This document shows, piece after piece, positions 25,673 to 35,888 of a stretch of DNA of 64,000 nt. The DNA lies in contig CAZBZO010000001.1 of NCBI GenBank assembly GCA_964496425.1, positions 140,368 through 204,367 on the forward strand, read 5' to 3'. The notes below the pieces were generated by a model that saw only the letters and a program-made list of their open reading frames with translations, was not told the origin of the DNA and did not search any database. A program made the translations under genes and the position numbers. How positions within the stretch are numbered: the first letter of the stretch is position 1; each line of letters starts with the position of its first letter. The DNA is from an uncultured Candidatus Saccharibacteria bacterium. Lineage in GTDB: Bacteria > Patescibacteriota > Minisyncoccia > Phycocordibacterales > UBA9973.

Positions 25673-27439
25673 TTAGAGCGCAGATGCTGTGCATCCCACA
25701 AGTTCGTTGAAGACCTTGTTGGTAAGCGTACCCTTATTGCCGTAGCTCGTCGTAAGTCCCAAGGGATCAAGCATGATCTCGTGGAATGTTTGTTGAAATG
25801 CAATCAACGCATTTTGAAGTGGCGCATCAAACACTGAGTTTACGAGGCCGACATCATATCCCAAACTTTTTAAAATAAGTTTGGCATGATACACCTCAGC
25901 TGTGTTGGTATTGTTTACGACAGAATTTATTTCAGTAAATGCAGGACATGTCGGCGGCACAAATGTCGGGCACATCATTTCATTGATTTGCCGATAGGTG
26001 GTGCGATATACCCCTCCGGTTGGCTCGGTGAGTCCCCAGACGGTAAGCACCGTAGATGCATGTTTTAGTTGAAAGCGATTTACGGCCTCGCGATCAAGTG
26101 GCCCGTAAAAGCCGTCCACCGCAAGTGTCTCGCCTTGGGTGTTTAAAAAGAGCTCAAGTTTTTTCATATCCTCCGTCGTGTTTCGAGGATCACCATATTG
26201 CACAAACCCTGAAAGATACGGCGAGCAAGAACCTCCGCTTAAAACTAATGCTTGCGTAGGATTTTCGATAGGAGCAGGCGGGAGCACGATATCTGATGGT
26301 GTATTTTTGCTTCCACCACTACTACCGCCACCTCCACTACTACTCGTATTTCCCCCACCTGAAGAATTATCTTCCTCTTCTTCTGTCTCGTCTTCAACAT
26401 CGATAGGTGAGACGCTCATGTTGCTTGCCGGACAATCACCCTCCACAACATGCTCATAGAGAATTGGAAAAATTTTCTCTTCTACATCTTTTTGATCCAC
26501 ACCATGAGCTTTGTCGGGATAGCTATAGAGCTCCGCGAAAATTCCAAGCCCCTGCATCGCCTCAATAGTTTGCACTGCGTCAGGATACGGCACGGTCGTA
26601 TCGAGCTCACCATGAAAATCTACGCTCGGCGAATCAAATTCATCGAGATGTTTTGCGCGATATCCATCATCAATAGCACCCGAAGTCGATACAGCCATAC
26701 ATACCCATTGAGCCTCGCCTTCATTTGAAAAATTTGCTTTGACTTGTTCGTAGCTTGCTTCCAGCATTTCAGGACTGATCTCAGAAGAAGCCCCAACCAT
26801 AAGTGAAGTAATCGCACCAGCTGAGGCACCCATAGTAATAATTTTATTGGGATCGATACCGTATTCGTCCGCATGTGCGCGCATATATTTCACCGCAGCT
26901 TGCGCGTCTGACATGGATTCTTTCATCGCAATATTTTCTTCTCCATTTCGCAGACGATAGTTGATCGAAGCAGCTACATAGCCGCGCTCTGCAAACCATT
27001 CCTTAGACCATTCAACAATTTTTTCTGAATTTTTGTCGCCACCGGAAAATCCTCCGCCATGAATAATGATCGCAAGAGGGCGAGATGTTTCTGCATCGGA
27101 CGCAGGTGGCGTATAGACATCAAGCATAAGTGCTTCAGTATCTCCGGCTTTATTGATCGCGCTTCCATACTCGATATTTGACGTCACAACGATCTCTTCA
27201 GCATCAAATATTTGATCAAGGTATCGCGCGCCCATTTTCAAACTCACACCTTTACGGCTTCCAAAGAGTCCTTCAATACTACTAATGCCGGTTTTGATAG
27301 CATGGGAGACTGCTTGCGAGAATGAGGAGGTAGAGGTGGAATTTGTAGACTTTTTTCCTTCTTTGGCATAGGTAAATTGTCCACCAAGTAAAGTGAGGAC
27401 GAGGAAAAAAGAAACAATAAAAATGTGTTTTTTGTTCAT
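25673..27439 (-). CDS. Secreted alpha/beta-hydrolase (esterase/lipase fold-3) fused to two peptidoglycan-binding domains
   Basis: Signal peptide; HGGGF and GASAGA (GxSxG); low-complexity linker; two C-terminal PG_binding_1-like repeats. Confidence 0.7.
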   Translation of the reverse strand: MNKKHIFIVSFFLVLTLLGGQFTYAKEGKKSTNSTSTSSFSQAVSHAIKTGISSIEGLFGSRKGVSLKMGARYLDQIFDAEEIVVTSNIEYGSAINKAGDTEALMLDVYTPPASDAETSRPLAIIIHGGGFSGGDKNSEKIVEWSKEWFAERGYVAASINYRLRNGEENIAMKESMSDAQAAVKYMRAHADEYGIDPNKIITMGASAGAITSLMVGASSEISPEMLEASYEQVKANFSNEGEAQWVCMAVSTSGAIDDGYRAKHLDEFDSPSVDFHGELDTTVPYPDAVQTIEAMQGLGIFAELYSYPDKAHGVDQKDVEEKIFPILYEHVVEGDCPASNMSVSPIDVEDETEEEEDNSSGGGNTSSSGGGGSSGGSKNTPSDIVLPPAPIENPTQALVLSGGSCSPYLSGFVQYGDPRNTTEDMKKLELFLNTQGETLAVDGFYGPLDREAVNRFQLKHASTVLTVWGLTEPTGGVYRTTYRQINEMMCPTFVPPTCPAFTEINSVVNNTNTAEVYHAKLILKSLGYDVGLVNSVFDAPLQNALIAFQQTFHEIMLDPLGLTTSYGNKGTLTNKVFNELVGCTASAL

Positions 27440-27483
27440 ATATACTGTGAATTAAACGAATAACCTGTGGGACTATACCACAC

Positions 27484-28452
27484 TTAGCCAAAAAGTAGGT
27501 GCCCGGCGTGTGCTATCTCTTTTAAGCGCCATGGTCGTAAAAACGTCACTGAACCGACTGAAATCGCATCAGCACCGGCATCTTTCAATTTTTTTACAGC
27601 GACTTTTGACATTACTCCGCCACTGGCAATAATTGGTATTGTTATCCCTTCTTTTCGCGCCTCCCTGATCCAATCCACAACAATCGGTAAAAGATAGTTG
27701 CCTGAAATTCCGCCGCCGCCGTAGCGAGCGAGTGGAGAAACGCTAGACCCAAACATTTTTTTACGATCTGACTCCTTTATATCAGCCCACCCAATCGTAT
27801 TACTCACACACAGTGCATCGCAATCTGGATGCTCAGCTATCTTTTTTGCATATGGGAGCGCAATTAATGCAGAAAATTTTGGAATAAGTGGTATGCCAAG
27901 ATCGCGAGCAATAATAAGCGCATCAGTGACTTCGTCGAGTAATAGTTCTTGCCCATGGCCGGTATTGGGACAAGAAAAATTGAGCTGAAGGCCGATGTGT
28001 CCGTGAAAATCCGGCAATGCTTTTTTTAATTTTTCGCAAAATCCTTGTAGCTCATTGAGACGCGCTTCTTTGGTGTCTCCAACTGACATGAAGGAAAGAA
28101 AGAAATTGTCAGTGCGCTTCTGCCAGCGGCCCGTAAAAAGTAAAAAATCAATGCCCGGCCCAGAGAGTCCCACCGCGTTGAGTGCCACTCCAGAGAAGGG
28201 CCGCACAGAAATACAGTCGGGCTTAAAGTCTCGCGGCGTGAGCCTATCTTTGCCAAGGGGCATATTGCCAGCCCAGGGAAGCGCAGTAGTAGTTTTGCCA
28301 ACAAATGTGACCCCGTCAAAAGAAAATCCAGGAATAAAGCGAAAAATTTTGTGGTACGGATAGCCTTCGCCGAAAAATCCCATCACGCCCGAGGCGCCGA
28401 AGACACTGCCAAATTCTATTCCGCGCAACTTCATAATAATGGTATTATACAC
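27484..28452 (-). CDS. pyrD: Dihydroorotate dehydrogenase (class 1-like)
   Basis: N.VGLSGPG and the catalytic NFSCPN motif; C-terminal IPIIASGGV FMN-binding block. Confidence 0.7.
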   Translation of the reverse strand: MYNTIIMKLRGIEFGSVFGASGVMGFFGEGYPYHKIFRFIPGFSFDGVTFVGKTTTALPWAGNMPLGKDRLTPRDFKPDCISVRPFSGVALNAVGLSGPGIDFLLFTGRWQKRTDNFFLSFMSVGDTKEARLNELQGFCEKLKKALPDFHGHIGLQLNFSCPNTGHGQELLLDEVTDALIIARDLGIPLIPKFSALIALPYAKKIAEHPDCDALCVSNTIGWADIKESDRKKMFGSSVSPLARYGGGGISGNYLLPIVVDWIREARKEGITIPIIASGGVMSKVAVKKLKDAGADAISVGSVTFLRPWRLKEIAHAGHLLFG

Positions 28453-28454
28453 AC

Positions 28455-29078
28455 ATGGCCGAAGAAACTATTCTCGACATCCTCAAACGTACTGGCGCTC
28501 TCCTCTCGGACGATCACTTCGTCTATACATCAGGCAAGCATGGCTCATTTTATATCAATAAAGATTACCTGTATCTACACACCGAAGAAACTTCCAAAGT
28601 CGGCAAAATGTTGGGCGAGCGTTTCGCTGACAAAGACATCGACGTCGTTGTCGGCCCGGCGCTTGGCGGAATAATACTTGCCCAATGGACGGCCTATCAT
28701 CTTTCTAAAACAAAAGGCAAAGAAGTGCTCTCGGTCTACACGGAGAAAACTCCTGATGGTGGACAAATACTGACTCGCGGATATGACCAATATATCGTCG
28801 GAAAAAATGTTCTCATTGTAGAAGACACGACTATGACCGGCGGCTCGGTAAAAAAAGTCGTCGATACGATCAAAGCCGCTGGTGGAAATATCATCGGGGT
28901 TTCTGTTATGACCAATCGCGATCCAGTCGACATCAACGAGTCCACGATCGGCGCGCCATTCTCCGCACTCGGCATACTTGATATCCCCGCTTTTGATGCG
29001 GCCGATTGTGAACTCTGCAAAAAAGGAATCCCAGTAAACACTAAAATCGGCAAAGGTAAAAACTTTGTAAAAAAATAG
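28455..29078 (+). CDS. pyrE: Orotate phosphoribosyltransferase
   Basis: PRTase motif VLIVEDTTMTGGS. Confidence 0.8.
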   Translation: MAEETILDILKRTGALLSDDHFVYTSGKHGSFYINKDYLYLHTEETSKVGKMLGERFADKDIDVVVGPALGGIILAQWTAYHLSKTKGKEVLSVYTEKTPDGGQILTRGYDQYIVGKNVLIVEDTTMTGGSVKKVVDTIKAAGGNIIGVSVMTNRDPVDINESTIGAPFSALGILDIPAFDAADCELCKKGIPVNTKIGKGKNFVKK

Positions 29079-29087
29079 TTCTCAAAA

Positions 29088-29134
29088 AACAAAACCACCC
29101 TTCGGAGAAATACCGAGGGTGGTTTTGTTTTTAC
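29088..29134. terminator. Bidirectional terminator hairpin between pyrE and the convergent secreted-protein gene
   Basis: caaaaccaccc…gggtggttttg plus a T-run. Confidence 0.5.
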
Positions 29135-29144
29135 ATTAAAATTG

Positions 29145-30956
29145 TTACTGACAATACTCCCAGAAATCCTTTTTATAATTATTTGAGCCAGCAATACCTG
29201 TTCCTATATACCCTCTACTGCTAATACTGAATCCGATAGCATTATTACGAGCAGCCCCAGCAAAGTCAGCTTTCTGAGTCCAAGTGTTTGTGGCAGGATC
29301 ATATTCCCAGAAATCTTTTTTATATCCACTCCCTGTATTCCCTGTTCCTACATATCCTTTGCTACCAATAGCGAAGCCCACAGCGCCTTCTCGGGCTACT
29401 CCTCCAAAGTCAGCTTTCTGAGTCCAAGTGTTTGTGGCAGGATCATATTCCCAGAAATCTTTCTTTTTGCCCACATCATCTTCTCCCGTTCCCAAATATC
29501 CTTTTCCATTTATTGCGAAACCAGTCGCCCCACTGCGGCCAGTTCCTGGAAAATCAGCTTTCTGGGTCCAGGTGTCTGTCCCTGGATCATATTCCCAGAA
29601 AAAATTGTTAATTGGGCCATTCGTGAGGTTATGTCCAGTTCCAATATATACTTTAGAATTAAGAGTGAAAGCCACACTTTGATGCCAGCCAACAACATTA
29701 GCGCTCGATTTTTGAGTCCAGGCACTAAGTGTTGGATTATATTCCCACATATCATCAAAAGGGCCAGTGGTCCAGTTTATGCCGGTTCCGACATATCCTT
29801 TGTCCCCAATATTGAAACCAACAGCTGCCATGCGAGACGTTCCAGTGAGATCTGCTTTCTGAGTCCAAGTATTTACTATTTGATCGTATTCCCAAAAATC
29901 TTTATAGAACTTATTGTTTCCACTCGTATATGCATACCCTGTTCCTACATATCCTTTATTATTAATTGAAAAACCCACTGCTTCATGGCGACCAACGCCT
30001 CCAAAATCCGCCTTCTGTGTCCAGGTATTCGATGTACAGGCCGGCGGCGCCACGTTGACTGTCGTTGTTGCAAATGTCGTATTCGCCGTTCCGATTGCTG
30101 TCAATTTATACAGCATTGTTTGAGTGAGTGGCAGCGTCGTAAACGATCCTTGCGCTATAGTCGGCGTGATTGAGCCAACACCTTGATCGATGGATCCAGC
30201 TTCGCAATTGGTCGTCTTCCAATTAAGTGTCGTTGTTTGTCCATACGCGATTATTTGTGGAGTAGCATTAAAAAAATTGATCGTGCATTGTGGTGGCGGA
30301 ACCACGGTAATAATCTTGATGGCTGAGGTAGTGTTAGTAGCGTTTGAAGCAGTCAGTGTAAAAACTGTCGTGAGTGTAAGATTACCCGATGATATGGAAC
30401 CGTTCTGAGGCACAGTACCAATAGCGGGCGAAATAGAGATGGTTGTGCAGTTGGTCGTACTCCAAGAGAGCGTAGAGGCAGTGTTGTAAGGAATAGATGG
30501 TGGTGTCGCATTAAAGGAGTTGATCATGCAAGCTGAAGGAGTACCCACAGTCACTGTGGCAGTTGCAGTAGCAGTATTAGTATCTCCGACTGCAGTGAGA
30601 ACATATGTTTTAGTCGAAGTAAGTGGGCCAGTTCCAACTGAGCCAGTCGGAGAAGGTGAGGAAATTAAAACCGTAGAAGCTTGGATAACGGCATGTGACA
30701 TGCAACCTGTCGTCGACCATTTAAGGTTAGAGGCTCCACCTGAAGCAACAGCAGCTGGTGTAGCTTTGAAATAAAGAATAGAACATGGAGCGAAACCCTC
30801 CTCGCCAGAACCGGAAGAATCTTCATCGGAAGATGTAGTAGAGCCAGGATCAACTTCGCCACCTATCACCCGCTCGGCTGAAGCAGAAATTGGGCTTATA
30901 AAAACAAAGGTTATTAAAAAGGTTACGAAAAAGCTCCCCAAAAATATATTTTTCAT
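29145..30956 (-). CDS. Secreted protein: about 4 N-terminal Ig-like repeats followed by about 7 Kelch-like beta-propeller repeats
   Basis: Signal peptide. Repeated …KDFWEYDP.TNTWTQKADF.G..R..A.GF.I..KGY.GTG… blades; upstream repeats about 85 aa long ending in …TTNC…. Confidence 0.6.
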   Translation of the reverse strand: MKNIFLGSFFVTFLITFVFISPISASAERVIGGEVDPGSTTSSDEDSSGSGEEGFAPCSILYFKATPAAVASGGASNLKWSTTGCMSHAVIQASTVLISSPSPTGSVGTGPLTSTKTYVLTAVGDTNTATATATVTVGTPSACMINSFNATPPSIPYNTASTLSWSTTNCTTISISPAIGTVPQNGSISSGNLTLTTVFTLTASNATNTTSAIKIITVVPPPQCTINFFNATPQIIAYGQTTTLNWKTTNCEAGSIDQGVGSITPTIAQGSFTTLPLTQTMLYKLTAIGTANTTFATTTVNVAPPACTSNTWTQKADFGGVGRHEAVGFSINNKGYVGTGYAYTSGNNKFYKDFWEYDQIVNTWTQKADLTGTSRMAAVGFNIGDKGYVGTGINWTTGPFDDMWEYNPTLSAWTQKSSANVVGWHQSVAFTLNSKVYIGTGHNLTNGPINNFFWEYDPGTDTWTQKADFPGTGRSGATGFAINGKGYLGTGEDDVGKKKDFWEYDPATNTWTQKADFGGVAREGAVGFAIGSKGYVGTGNTGSGYKKDFWEYDPATNTWTQKADFAGAARNNAIGFSISSRGYIGTGIAGSNNYKKDFWEYCQ

Positions 30957-31105
30957 GGCGTCGTTATATCATACGCTTATAATTTGTCAAATGTGAAACA
31001 ATTGACTTACAGAGAAATATACTGTATAACTCAAACGAAGTTTCGCGTTCTGTGGGCATTTTCTCATAGGCGGAAGCTATTTTAAAACAAAAAAATCGTT
31101 AAACA

Positions 31106-32650
31106 ATGAAAAAACTTTTCCGATTACCTGCTATGGCAACACTTTGTCTCGCAGTATTACTTTTTACTGTGCCTACAATGGCACAGGTTACAATAACTTC
31201 AAGTAAGGCCATTGGCGGATCTCTTGATGACCGTTTCTACGATATGGCAAAAACCCCGGACGGTGGACATGTGCAGGTTGGAGCAATATTTTCTAATGAT
31301 GCCGGTGCAGCAAACAAGCATGGAGGAACTGACAATTCCGATGCGTGGTTGGTAATAACCGACTCAGTAGGAAATGTGACTATGAATGTGTTATTCGGTG
31401 GGAAAAAACCGGATTGGTTTAGTAAAGTTATCGTACATTCCTCTGGTAAAATCATTGCAGTGGGATCCACTTCTTCAAAAGAAGGTGATATATCAGGTAA
31501 ATATGGAGGCGCTACTGCCGACGAAAATTTTGATTGCTGGGTAGTTGTAATCGACCAAAACACTGGAGCACTTCTTGGCCAAAAATGTATTGGTGGTGCT
31601 GATGATGATTTTGGCGCCAATCTAACAGAAGAAGATGATGGTGACATCGCTGTTGTTGCAAGTACCGAATCAACTGATGAAGATGCTACTGGTAACAATG
31701 GCAAGTATGACATGCTCGGAGTATCTATGAGTAATGACGTCGCAACAATCAAATGGAAAGCAGTCTATGGTGGGTCAGAAGATGATATTGCCACCTATGT
31801 TGTACACACGGGCGATAACTACATTATTGGCGGAACTACTACTTCCAATGATAATATCTTCGAGGGGTATGCTCTCGGAGGGAAGGATGGTGCGCTCGTC
31901 TATACTGGCGGTACCGGTAATTCCTTTTATGCCATAGTATCAGGTAGTGGAGGCGATGATTTATTGTCGTGTTCCGTCACATTAGGAAATAGCAACATAG
32001 TCCATGGTGGTAACAGGGGTGATAATGGAGGATCTGATTTGTGGAATATGAATCTTTCATCGGATTGCACTACACAAGAATGGGAAATCATAAATGAAAC
32101 AGAGGGAAATGATAGTCTCATGGCTATGTGCTTAGGGCCCAATGAAGCAATAATCAGTGTTGGAGCAATCAGTACAATTGATGGGCACGATGCTCTCATC
32201 TCAAAAGTTGATCAATCAGGAGCTCTTAAGTGGGTAAGCTCATTTGGAACTTCAGGAGACAGGGCTTTTGCTGCAGTCGCTTCTACTGGTAATAAAAAAT
32301 ATGCAACAGCAGGTTGGGCAAATAATCTTCCGGACGGTTTTGGAGGATATGATGGATGGATAACTTATCTTGAAGAAGGTTTCGGAACAAATGCGAATGA
32401 GATCGCAGTTTTAGATGAGCTAAACATTTATCCTAATCCTGCAACCGATGTTGTGACTATCTCATTTGCCAATACAAAAGAAGGCACGTATCAGCTTTTT
32501 AACGTAACCGGTGATCTTTTTTCAGTAGGAGAAATTCCTGCAAGACAATCGCAAATTCAAATTAATTGTGATGCATTTCCTGCCGGTACTTATTTCTTAC
32601 GCCATATCACTGGCGACAATGTGACAGTAGAAGAATTTATGGTTCAGTAA
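31106..32650 (+). CDS. Secreted repeat protein with a T9SS-type C-terminal sorting domain
   Basis: Signal peptide; repeats paralogous to the ORF at 2-526; C-terminal …LNIYPNPATDVVTISF… domain. Confidence 0.6.
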   Translation: MKKLFRLPAMATLCLAVLLFTVPTMAQVTITSSKAIGGSLDDRFYDMAKTPDGGHVQVGAIFSNDAGAANKHGGTDNSDAWLVITDSVGNVTMNVLFGGKKPDWFSKVIVHSSGKIIAVGSTSSKEGDISGKYGGATADENFDCWVVVIDQNTGALLGQKCIGGADDDFGANLTEEDDGDIAVVASTESTDEDATGNNGKYDMLGVSMSNDVATIKWKAVYGGSEDDIATYVVHTGDNYIIGGTTTSNDNIFEGYALGGKDGALVYTGGTGNSFYAIVSGSGGDDLLSCSVTLGNSNIVHGGNRGDNGGSDLWNMNLSSDCTTQEWEIINETEGNDSLMAMCLGPNEAIISVGAISTIDGHDALISKVDQSGALKWVSSFGTSGDRAFAAVASTGNKKYATAGWANNLPDGFGGYDGWITYLEEGFGTNANEIAVLDELNIYPNPATDVVTISFANTKEGTYQLFNVTGDLFSVGEIPARQSQIQINCDAFPAGTYFLRHITGDNVTVEEFMVQ

Positions 32651-32673
32651 CTTATCTGGACTACAACAATCCC

Positions 32674-32708
32674 GAGCCTTTCCGATTTTTGGAAAGGCTC
32701 TTTTTTAT
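32674..32708 (+). terminator. Rho-independent terminator
   Basis: gagcctttccgatttttggaaaggctc plus ttttttt. Confidence 0.5.
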
Positions 32709-32715
32709 TTCAATA

Positions 32716-33876
32716 TTATGAGAACGGATATAGTAGCCCAGCTTTTAGATACGCTTCTTTTTCTTGAGCGCGGAAGGCGGCGACCGCACGAGACATTTCG
32801 AAGGCTAAGTTTTTTGGATCCCCTGCCCCGCCCGCCTTTTCCATCCATGGATAATTAAAATCGCGCGACGATGAGAGGATGCCGATGTGTCCAGCGAGCG
32901 GACCGCTCGAGATATGAAGCGGCATGACATTTTCAAAACTTCCGCCTTGAGCACCAAATCCTGGCACGAGTGCGATACCGTGCGGGCGAATTTTGCGGAA
33001 GGTGTCAGTCATTTTCACAGTGGAGCCCATCACAGAAAAAATCGGCGAGATACCATCAGTATTTAAATCATTTTTCTTACTAAATTCTTCGGTCTGATAC
33101 AGCATGAATTCGTGAGCTGTAGGCTTTCGGCCGATAATACCCTCTATTTTTTTTATCTCCTCACCACTTACCGCAAAACTTTTTTGTTTTTCCGAAAGTT
33201 CCACACCCGTGTTTTCTTCTATGTATACGTCTTGGATGGTCGTACCTGAGGGATTGGAGCTTCGCGTCACCACGATTGCTCCGCGGCCGTTTTTGAAAAA
33301 TGGCAGTCCCGGTGTCAGTACATCAGTGCCCATCCAAGTCGTCACGGTCATAGTGTCAAAACCAAAGCGTCCAGCGACCCCAGGAAACACTTCCTCGTTC
33401 GAACGAGAAAGATAGCTCGCATAATATGGATATTGAGTGCTTTCGATGTCGCCTCGCTTGGCGTCGAGAATAAGAAATATATCTTCGCCAGATTTTTCAC
33501 TTCGCACATGAAGGTCACGACAGAGTATTTCAAGGACTGTCGTGCCGAATGGCGCGAAACGTTCGTAAAATGCAATCTGGGGTTTGTATACCCGGATACC
33601 TGCATCCCAAGCCACTTCAATAATATCGAGAAAATAGGCCGTGAGGCCAGCGAGGAAATATGGTGCATCTGCACCAACCGGACTATGTATACTTTCGCCC
33701 ACTTTCGCGAGAGTTTGGAAATATGTTTCAAGCAGAGCACGTCGCCCACTGACATACTGTGTGTAAAATTCCTTGTTCAAAACTCCCTCGGCTTCAAAAT
33801 GCGGATCAAGTCCGATACAGAGCCCTGTTTTTTGCTTTCTCTGAACATTCCAAAGTTTTTGGCCAGCATTCAACAT
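32716..33876 (-). CDS. pyrF: Orotidine-5'-phosphate decarboxylase (long type-2 form with about 100 extra residues)
   Basis: LCIGLDPH and ILDAKRGDI (DxKxxDI) motifs; C-terminal VPGFGAQGG. Confidence 0.75.
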   Translation of the reverse strand: MLNAGQKLWNVQRKQKTGLCIGLDPHFEAEGVLNKEFYTQYVSGRRALLETYFQTLAKVGESIHSPVGADAPYFLAGLTAYFLDIIEVAWDAGIRVYKPQIAFYERFAPFGTTVLEILCRDLHVRSEKSGEDIFLILDAKRGDIESTQYPYYASYLSRSNEEVFPGVAGRFGFDTMTVTTWMGTDVLTPGLPFFKNGRGAIVVTRSSNPSGTTIQDVYIEENTGVELSEKQKSFAVSGEEIKKIEGIIGRKPTAHEFMLYQTEEFSKKNDLNTDGISPIFSVMGSTVKMTDTFRKIRPHGIALVPGFGAQGGSFENVMPLHISSGPLAGHIGILSSSRDFNYPWMEKAGGAGDPKNLAFEMSRAVAAFRAQEKEAYLKAGLLYPFS

Positions 33877-34001
33877 ATAATGGCAAGTGTAGCACGCCCT
33901 GGCTTTCTATTCCTACCCTTCTGTACAAAGGGTTATTCAACACTTTCCTCCTTCTAAAAACAGTAGTATTATCGTCACAAAAAGGTATACTGTACGTTAC
34001 T

Positions 34002-34571
34002 ATGATCGGACAACAACAATCGAACGAGGAAACAATACTCTTGCTCGATCAGGCCCGCGCAGGCGATCAAGATGCTTTTGCCCTTTTATATAAAGAGTAC
34101 TATACACCGATTTATCGATTCATTTATTTCCGAGTAAAGAGCAAAGAAGAAGCGGAAGATCTTGCCCAGACAGTTTTTCTCAAAGTCTATGCAACACTGA
34201 GCGACATGCAGGGCGAAACGACTGCCCCACGCGCATTTTTCTTCACAGTTGCCCGAAATGCGATCATCGATCACTATCGCAAACAAAGTTACCGCAATCA
34301 TAGCGGTGAAGAAGCTATGATAGATATTGCCGACGATGATGTACGCCCCGACGAAGCCCGGGCGATCAGTGAAGAGACCGACCGCTTGAAACAAGCAATC
34401 AGTCAGCTGACAAAAGAGCAGCAAGAAGTGATCATTTTAAAATTTATAAATGAACTTGAAACCAAAGAGATTGCACAGGCAATCGGCAAGCGAGAAGATG
34501 CTGTCAGGCAGATCCAATCGCGAGCCATTAAAGCCTTGCGAAAAATTCTCGACGGGGATGTGCGTTTTTAA
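34002..34571 (+). CDS. ECF-type RNA polymerase sigma-70 factor (second copy)
   Basis: Region 2 and region 4 motifs. Start at MIGQQQ (34002) rather than the long upstream ORF start. Confidence 0.8.
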   Translation: MIGQQQSNEETILLLDQARAGDQDAFALLYKEYYTPIYRFIYFRVKSKEEAEDLAQTVFLKVYATLSDMQGETTAPRAFFFTVARNAIIDHYRKQSYRNHSGEEAMIDIADDDVRPDEARAISEETDRLKQAISQLTKEQQEVIILKFINELETKEIAQAIGKREDAVRQIQSRAIKALRKILDGDVRF

Positions 34572-34588
34572 TATGTAATAAAAATATA

Positions 34589-35059
34589 ATGGAAGAACAC
34601 TACACAAAAGAAGAAGAGGCAGTCATACACTCGCTAAAACACAGCGGGTCTCGTGTCGCTCCAAGCGAAGCAGCTTTTAGGCGTGTGCTGATGTCCATAT
34701 CTAAAACAAACGCAAGCACTCCTATCGAACCTGCTTTCATGTATGGTACGCAACCGCTTGAATGGAATACATTTTGGAATGGAGCTCAGATGATCCCGAA
34801 ACAAATCAAACAAGCAACTCCGCTCTTTCGGTACAGTAGCCTCGCTGCAGTGGCCTTTGTAGCAATACTCCTTATTGGTGGGCCAAAAATAGGGAGCCGA
34901 AGCGGCATAACAGCACAACTCCAATCAATGAATGAACTCTCTGAAACCGAAGCCCGCGAGACGAGTCTAGCGCTCGCTGACTTAAACGAAACTGGTCTTA
35001 ATTTTGCAAACCAAGATGGGTCGGAAGATGGCGATATTGATTCACTATTAAATCTATGA
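34589..35059 (+). CDS. Putative anti-sigma factor (single-TM protein directly downstream of the ECF sigma gene)
   Basis: Gene order and one TM segment (AAVAFVAILLIGG); no sequence motif recognised. Confidence 0.4.
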   Translation: MEEHYTKEEEAVIHSLKHSGSRVAPSEAAFRRVLMSISKTNASTPIEPAFMYGTQPLEWNTFWNGAQMIPKQIKQATPLFRYSSLAAVAFVAILLIGGPKIGSRSGITAQLQSMNELSETEARETSLALADLNETGLNFANQDGSEDGDIDSLLNL

Positions 35060-35808
35060 GACTTAATCCTATAAAAAATAAAGCGACAGTGGCAATCGGC
35101 GTCATCGTACTGTTCAGCATCTTTGCCTTACCTTCCCTGAGTCTTGCAGAAGTAATACGAACTCGCGGGAACTTCTGTGAAAATATTTTAAACCCAGCAT
35201 CCCCGATACGTGAGCGCGTCGTATCTATCAACACCAAACTCGGGATAGTTGGATCGGAGCGCTTGAGCCGTTTTGAAAAAAATATTAATGAAAAATCTGA
35301 GCGGCGCGACGAATCGCATCGCTCCCTGGATGCAAAACGTCTTGAGCAATACGAAAAACTCAAGGCCCAAGCTACAACAGATATTCAAGAAAACGCAGTT
35401 GCTGATTTTGTCAGTATGTCTGATGGCGCAATTCAAGCACGACGAGAAGCAACCAACAATGCCGAAGAAAACTTTGTGAAAAGCGTAAAAGATATCCTTG
35501 AAAAGCGTAGCCCGATCATAGCTTCTGCCGCTAAGAACTTCAGATACACTCTCGACGCACTCGTGGCAAACGCGACGACAGACTGCAAAGCTGGTGTGGA
35601 AGACATCGCAGCTCATGACACCTTTATGAAAGGTCTTAAAAAAGCTCATACTACTTTTGTTTCAGAACGTGGCGACCCAAAAGTCTGGAGAAGTCAGATC
35701 ATTGCCTTAAACAAAACCCTGAAAGCGAGTGTCGCAAGCGCTGAAGCGACATTCCGTTCACAAATCGCCGCTGCCGAAGAAACACTCGAAGCTGCATTTA
35801 AACAATAA
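35056..35808 (+). CDS. Secreted alpha-helical hypothetical protein
   Basis: Signal peptide; ATGA overlap with the upstream gene. Confidence 0.45.
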   Translation: MRLNPIKNKATVAIGVIVLFSIFALPSLSLAEVIRTRGNFCENILNPASPIRERVVSINTKLGIVGSERLSRFEKNINEKSERRDESHRSLDAKRLEQYEKLKAQATTDIQENAVADFVSMSDGAIQARREATNNAEENFVKSVKDILEKRSPIIASAAKNFRYTLDALVANATTDCKAGVEDIAAHDTFMKGLKKAHTTFVSERGDPKVWRSQIIALNKTLKASVASAEATFRSQIAAAEETLEAAFKQ

Positions 35809-35824
35809 AATTGTAATCCCTTAC

Positions 35825-35853
35825 AAAAAAGCCCCTAACCGGGCTTTTTTGTT
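35825..35853 (+). terminator. Rho-independent terminator
   Basis: aaaaagcccctaaccgggcttttttg. Confidence 0.5.
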
Positions 35854-35888
35854 TATTTATTAAGTACGAATATAGTACAATAGTAGGA

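Noticed and set aside
33759-34001. Upstream in-frame extension of the second ECF sigma ORF
   Set aside because: The extension lies in the divergent promoter region shared with pyrF and has no sigma-factor homology. The canonical region-2 start is at 34002.
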